Assembly (NCBI GenBank): GCA_047967505.1
Contig: CM106538.1
Length of the DNA stretch: 64,000 nt
DNA from: Dipteris shenzhenensis
Lineage: Eukaryota
Direction: 5' to 3' (one strand)
The position numbers and the translations under genes are program-made. Below, piece after piece: positions 57,271 to 64,000 of the stretch (the first letter of the stretch is position 1; every line of letters begins with the position of its first letter). Below the pieces are notes generated by a model. The model was not told the origin of the DNA. It did no database searches and was given only the letters and a program-made list of their open reading frames with translations.

Positions 57271-59169
57271 CAAGAGCCTTGCAATGTCTCACACAAGTCA
57301 AGCAGATAGACCATCATTAGTTCGTCGTGCCCTTGTGCCACTTTCTCCCCCTTCACTCTTCTCTTCTCTTCTCCTTCTCCTTCCCTTCCCCTTCCCTTCT
57401 CCTTCTACCTCCCTTCTCCCCTCTTCCCCTTCCCTCTTTCTTGTGTCGAGACACATTGCAACAATCCGGAGGCCGCTCGAGTGACACTTGTGGATGACTC
57501 GTGCTTTGCATTGCTCCCACAAGGAGTAGCTTGGAGTGGAGGCTCCATCGGCATCTCTTCAACATCCCAACATGTGGGCCACTGTCGAGACCCACAACAA
57601 CAACCTAGGATGATCAAAGCCATGGAAGGGTTTTTGACTTCTCCTTACCCCTTGCCAACAAGGGCGGTTCCATGAAAAAGCAAGGCCGGTGACACCAATC
57701 TCCTCACCAGCATCACAAACTCCAATACTCCACAATCACAAGATTCACAAGCATTGTGTTGCAACAAAGCTCCTAAAAGCCCAGGGCTACTATCAATGTG
57801 AGCGATATGTTTGGATCCCAAAGCTTCCAACAACACAAAGTATACAAACTCACACCACTAGGATTCGTAGGGTAGCAACAAAAAAACCTATGCCAAGTCC
57901 TGAGGTAGTCCCATAAGAACCTACCATCAAGCCAACATGACACACCATTTTATAAGCCCAAGGAATATCATGATCCCATGTATAGTGCAATTGAAGGAGA
58001 AAGTCAACAAGGTCATCGAGGGTGCAAAACAAGAACCTTCCTCCAAGCCCATGCAGGGTAGTTATGCAAGAACCTTCCTCCAAGCCCATGCAGGGTAGCT
58101 ACACAAAAAGCATGGTAGTTACACAAGAACCCTCCTCTAGGCCCATGCAAACACCTCAAAAGTCACCATGCTCAGGGTAGCACTTGTAGTGTTGCTCAGA
58201 CCTACTTCTATCAAATCAAAGGCCACAGTACCACAAGAACCTACCCTCACTTGGGTACAACCACACAAGAGCCCACATGCCTTGTTCCTAGGGAGGTCCA
58301 TCCATGTGAAGACTGTAATGCAAATACACACTTAACAACCAGAGTGATGAACAAAATCAGTACGTGTTTCACCTGGATGTTGACGAGGTATGTTGCTGTT
58401 TGGAATTCAACTCCACTACATTCCACATAATCAACCCTTCATTAGGTGTGCGATCATCAAGTCCAAGTCTAGGTGAGTTTGTATGGTAGTCATATCACCT
58501 ACATGCACTAGCAACTCACAAATCCTTGATAACCACAACACACACACCCAAAATCACGGTCAGCATTGGGTGAATATGGCCAATACATTTTTGCATTTTT
58601 GCACCCTTGCACACTGACCTCACAAGTTTATGTATCACTAAGTTTGTTTGCCCCATTTTCTCTCTTGGGTGGCACCCTCAACATGCGATAGCCCTCTCAA
58701 CAACTCTGACAGTTGTCAAAATTTCCATTTTCAAGCCTAATTGGTATCCCATCTGCTTACTTCCATCTCATTAGATTGTTGCCTTACTGCTATCTTGTCG
58801 GGGATCCAGTGCCATACCTCCATGTCTCCAACTTATTACCTTAGCTCTTATCCCCTTGAATTGTTGTCTTAGCAAAAATAGCCGACTCTGTCACTTTTCT
58901 ACGAAAATATCCACAATTTCCTACCCCCTTCCACACTACCCACCAGCCTCCATTTGAATGTCCTCTTCCTCTTCCTCCTCCATAGGCTCAGTCTCGTTAT
59001 GTGCATGTCCTCCTTCCCAATGGATCCCAAAAACGAATGCTTCAAATTTAAAAGGGAACTCAGCCTCCACCCCCTGAATCATGAATGGTTTTTTCCTATT
59101 AGTTTCATTAAGAAGCAAAACTTTTATATTGTTGTCAAAAGTTTGTATGCCTTGATGAGAAAAAATGCA

Positions 59170-61633
59170 ATATCATAAAGTAGCTTATGCAACCAAGCTA
59201 CCTCACATGTAGCCATTGCTGCACCCCTGTACTCAGCCTATGTGCTAGACAAGGCAATTGTAGGCTGTTTCTTACTACTCCAAGTGACTACAGCGCTCCC
59301 AAAAGAGAACATATATCCACTTGTAGATCGTCTAATAGAAATACTACTAGCCCAATCAGCATCAGTGTATCCATGCAACTATATCTGAACCCTAGTCTCA
59401 TAAAATAGTCCATACTGCAATGTGGAATTCACATACCTTAGTATCCGTCTAAATGCGGTTTCCTTGGAACCTGCATAAACGGACTTACCAACCCAACAGC
59501 ATAACTCAAATCTGGCCTGGTAATAGTCATATAAATCAAACTTCCTACTATGCGTCTATACATAGTAGGGTCTTCTAGAAGCTCACTGCATCTGCACTCA
59601 ATTTCACATTCTACTCCAAAGGAACTAAAATAGGCTTACAGCCTATCATCCCATATTTGGACAGCATGTCTAATCCATACTGCCTCTGCAAAAGCCATAT
59701 CCCACTTGTGGATCTAATCACCTCAATGCCCAAGAAGTAACATAGCTCTCCCAAATCCTTCATCTCAAACTTCTGCTTCAATAGCATTTTCACATGAAGG
59801 ATATCTTCAAAACTATAACCTATGATGATCAAATCATCAGCATAAATGACAAGTAGCATAATGCCTTTCTCTGTTTTTCTCACATAAAGTGAGAAATCTG
59901 CCTTGGGAATCTGAAAGACAATAGTGATAAGATACTGTCCTATCTTGTCTGACCATGCTTTGGGTACTTGCTTCAAGCCATACAAGGCTTTCTTCAACTT
60001 GCAAACAAACTTAGGATGAACAGCATGAACATAACCTGGTGGCTGCTCCATATAGACCTCTTCTTGCAAATCACCATGCAAGAAAGCATTCTTTACATCC
60101 ATATGATGTAAATACCATCCCTTTGATGCAACCATAGCAATGACTACTCTTACGATTCCCATCCTTGCAATTGGACTAAATGTTTCTTCATAATCAGTGC
60201 CATATGTCTGTGCATATGCCTTGATGGCTAATCTTGCCTTGTATCTATTCATAGAACCATCTGCATTGTGCTTCACCTTATAAACCCACTTGCAGCCAAT
60301 TGCATTGTTGTCTTTAGGCAAAGGCACCAATTCCCATGTGGCATTTACTGCCAAGGCATCCATTTCTTTATCCATGGCTTTCTCCCATTTTTCTTTTCCC
60401 ATGGCTTGCTTAAAAGAAGTGGGTTCTAGTTCAAAAGGAGTATCACTTTGACCATATAGGCATAGTGAATGGTTGTAAATCCATCATATTTCAGCCTATC
60501 CATAGGATACCTACCTCCAGTAGACCTGTGCAAAATAGGCTCACTACCAAGTGCTCTCAAAACACCCCTTGTCTTCCTTACTCCAGTTGTAATAATAGAA
60601 GGAATACCCAACTCATCATCAGGGCTCCTGTTCTGAGCCACTGGATTCACCATCCACATAAGAGTGACCTGCATTCACATCAACCATGAGCTGATATACT
60701 TTCTCTTTTCCTTTTTATGATACTTGCATACCCCTATTTGCATTGCTTTGAGGAGATCCTTCTGATCTCAATCTACCTGTCCATGGTAAAGTATGTGAAC
60801 CGTTGTTAGAGGACACTATAGGTTCACTAATATTTTGTGATTGCTGCTGTGAATTCTGTGTAGCATTACGATTTTGTGCATCTACATCATCAATCACATT
60901 TACTGGTTTATAACAGCTGCTCATCTCATCAAAAACATCTCTGTTCACTATAAACTTACGAGTAGAAGGATTATAGAATCTTTACCCTTTCTGCTGTAGA
61001 GAATAACCAATAAAGATGCACTTCTCAGCTTTTGGATCCAACTTGAATCTCAACTCATCTGGCACATGAACATAGGCAATGCAACCAAAAAGTTTCAAAT
61101 GAGAAATATATGGTTTCCTACCAATATACCTCTCCTCTGGCATCATGCCATGTATTGCTACAGTGGGAGTCCTGTTCATTATGTAGACTATTGTAGCAAC
61201 TGCTTCAGCCCAATAATAATCTAGCAAGTCTTTTTTGTTGAGCATGGCACGAGATACTTCTCCAATATGCCTTTTTTTCCTTTCTGCAAGTCCATTTTGT
61301 TGTGGGGTATGATTGCATGAATATTGCTGCTTTATGCCATGCTCTTGTAGGAAACTTGCAAACTCATTTGAGAGGTACTCTTCCCCTCCATCTGGCCTTA
61401 GGCATTTTATTTGTAGGCCTGTTTCTTTTTCAACCATAGCTTTAAAAGCTTTGAAATGCCCAAACACTTCAGTTTTCTTTTTCATAAAATACACCCAAAC
61501 TTTGATGCTATAGTCATCAATAAAAGTGACAAAATAATGACAGCCTCCAATAGATGTAGCTTTAGTAGTCCACACATCAAAGTGGATGAATTCCAATGGC
61601 CTCTTACTCTCTTAAACATGTTTAGGAAATGGT
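59170..61633 (-). mobile_element. Degenerate Copia family A internal region (IN-RT-RH), truncated at both ends
   Basis: HFDVW/FIDD/QNGLAER, HMDVKNAFLHG and YADD; the RNase H part is nearly identical to the reverse complement of 284-505. Confidence 0.92.
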
Positions 61634-63149
61634 TGTTGAGATATCAAGCTCCACTCGCAATATGCTAGGGTGACCGTTGTGCATTTATGTCACCAACTTG
61701 TAAGCTGTAGATGCAATTGGTACACCACCCGTGAATAATAGCTAGATGACAACTATCTTTACGTACTCTTGTTAATGGCTCAGTTAGTATGCCACCTTAG
61801 TTAGCTGAGTTTGGTTTGAGACCCACATATAGGGTTCACCTATTCTTTTATACTAAGAGAGTTCTTTTGGCTTTTACAACTAAGAAGAGGAAAATTGTTT
61901 TCAACCTCCACCTTTGTGTATATTCCCCCATTGTATGTGAGAAAGCTGCAAGTGAGACTCCTTCCTTCTCTCCCACTCTCTTAGGGACGAGCATTTTCTG
62001 AGCGAAATCTTCCGAGCGTCCGAGCGAAGGAAAAAAAAGCTTCCAACTATGCATAAATATGGCAAAAATCGATCAGAAGAAAACATAGTTTCACTTAGAA
62101 ATATGCAAAGTATTATAGCAATGCCTATTTTATACAAAAATCTTTAAGTGAATCTGTAGGAATGGTGAGAGCATAATGGGATGGCTTTTGAAGAAACCCA
62201 CATGTAGAGTGGACTTCTCTATGAAAATTCCCTTATGATCCTTCTTACAACTTTTACTTAATAGGGGGTGACATTGAAAACCCTCTCTCAACCTATCTTC
62301 ATGAAAGAGTTTCTTCAAAGAAAACTCATTGAAGCAAGCCATCTAGGTAGTTTCGCCAGCGAAACCCCTTTGAAGCAAGTCTCCCAAGGTAGTTTCGCTG
62401 GCGAAACTACCTTGGACAGCACTTTTAAAAGTGACATAACTTTCATATCCAATGTCCAAATATAGTAATTCAACCACTCAAATTGATTGGAACACCCCAT
62501 TTGAGCACATCTATGAAGTTATATTTTGGAAAATCTTCCATATATAGTATTAAATATTACATGTATTTTATGAGAGTGATATATAAGCCCAAGTTAATAC
62601 TTATTTATAGTAATTTAAACTTCTTTAAAAACATGTCCATAAATATGCTATAAAAACACTAAAAAGATATTGCCATATGATATAAATGTGTTAATAAGTA
62701 ATTATATATGCATAGTATTATTACATTGAGAGTGATTATGAGGAATGTTTCTTAAAGGAATCAACACTTTTTTAAGGTAATAACAGGGGTACAAAGGGAT
62801 GTCTCTAAATAAGAAAATTATGTTGTGTAAAAATGAATGAGTGACTAGTCTGTATATTTTTATGATAAAGGGATCTAGTTCTAGTGAAAATAAAAGTGTA
62901 AAAACCATGTTTCCTAAAGAAAAACATTTTTAAAAATCTCTTGAAAAACACGCTCGGATAAACCTGCTCATAGGTTTTTGCTCATAAAATTGATGCATCC
63001 CACTCTCTTCACATGGTATCAGAGCTCAATTCGTGGTACGGAGCTCAAGAAAGCAAACCAAATTCACAGTGTCCTCGAAAGAGGATTAGTGTTGCTTTCC
63101 TTTTTTTCGAGTTTGGGAGCAAATCTCTGCAGGTAGCATAGCCGAAAAG
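61634..63149 (+). mobile_element. Copia family A 5' LTR (61634-63013, interrupted by a MITE) + PBS + start of leader
   Basis: Matches LTR 797-1149; PBS TGGTATCAGAGC at 63014-63025; leader homologous to 18480-18582 (minus strand). Confidence 0.9.
61984..63001. mobile_element. ~1-kb non-autonomous TIR element (MULE- or hAT-like MITE) inside the LTR
   Basis: Duplicated flank ACTCTCTT; imperfect TIRs GGGACGAGCATTTTCTGAGCGAAA and TTTTGCTCATAAAATTGATGCATCCC; AT-rich non-coding interior. Confidence 0.75.
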
Positions 63150-64000
63150 TTTAAGAGTATTAAGAAAAACAAGAAGAGAGATATAGAAAGCAACCAGCAG
63201 GAGGCAATAGTCTCCTTCGCACACAGCTCATATTCACCCCACACAATACCATTGAACCATTGAACACTACTAAGGTCACACCCATACATAGTAGATAGGA
63301 ACTAACTATGGTTGAGTCAGTGTGACTCACCTTATTCACCTACTCAGACAATAGGAACAATAACAATGAGCTTGATTCCCAACACTCCCCCTCAAGCTCA
63401 AATAGGGAGCATAACACCAAGTAGCTCTCTAAAGTATGTAAACTTATCTCTACCCAATGACTTGGTAAATATATCTGCAACCTGATCTTCAATCTTCACA
63501 TGTATGAGATCAATCTTCTTTGATAACACCATCTCTTTGATGAAATGGTAGTGTACCTCAATATGATTAGTTCTAGCATGATAAACCGGATTACTTGCCA
63601 ATTGCACACTACTCATGTTATCACAATAAAGTTTGACTAGTTTTTCCACATGCAGTCCCAAATCTTGCAAAAGCTTCTAAAGCCAACCAATCTCACATGC
63701 AGCCAATGGTGCACCTCTATACTCTACTTCTGTACTAGACAATGCCAATGTGGGTTGCTTTTTACTACTCCAACTCACCGCTACACTACCAAGGCTGAAT
63801 CCATAACCACTAGTGGATCTCCTGTCATAGGCACATCTTGCCCAATCCGCATATGTGTATCCAACCAGTTCTATATCCTTTCCATACTCATAAAAGAGTC
63901 CATACTGATATGTTGCCTTGACATAGCGCATAATCCTCCTCACTACATCCAAGTGAGGCTTCCATGGCTTCTGCATAAACTGAATGAGTCCCACAGCATA
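63150..64000 (-). mobile_element. Copia family C 3' end: RNase H, PPT and 3' LTR (~63150-63384)
   Basis: RRSTSGY, CDNMSS and ARTNHIEVHYH; PPT at 63385-63394; RNase H closely matches 28124-28600. Confidence 0.9.

Overview
Repeat-dense eukaryotic DNA from a land plant; the transposon content suggests a fern or other non-seed plant (inference). There is one intact host gene: a 5-exon NmrA/PIP-family reductase (pinoresinol-lariciresinol reductase-like, 308 aa, minus strand, 3750-5534). Most of the rest is nested transposons: a very young, near-intact Ty1/Copia (13407-18892; LTRs differ at 1 of 298 nt; 5-bp TSD; one in-frame stop), a rearranged two-element Copia complex (19500-28123; antisense nesting, a deletion and a ~750-bp inversion), several other decayed Copia and Gypsy elements, two Gag-only LTR elements (TR-GAG-like), a LINE ORF1 fragment, CACTA/CMC-like relics and a ~1-kb MITE inside an LTR. 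The most unusual feature is missing from the ORF track: a ~7.3-kb DNA transposon (~44850-52169) with a decayed, intron-containing Sola2-like DDD transposase and a convergent accessory gene encoding a coiled coil plus a RING-H2 finger, both flanked by arrays of the 16-bp palindrome TACCTCGATCGAGGTA. All alignments were made by eye, and relic boundaries are approximate.
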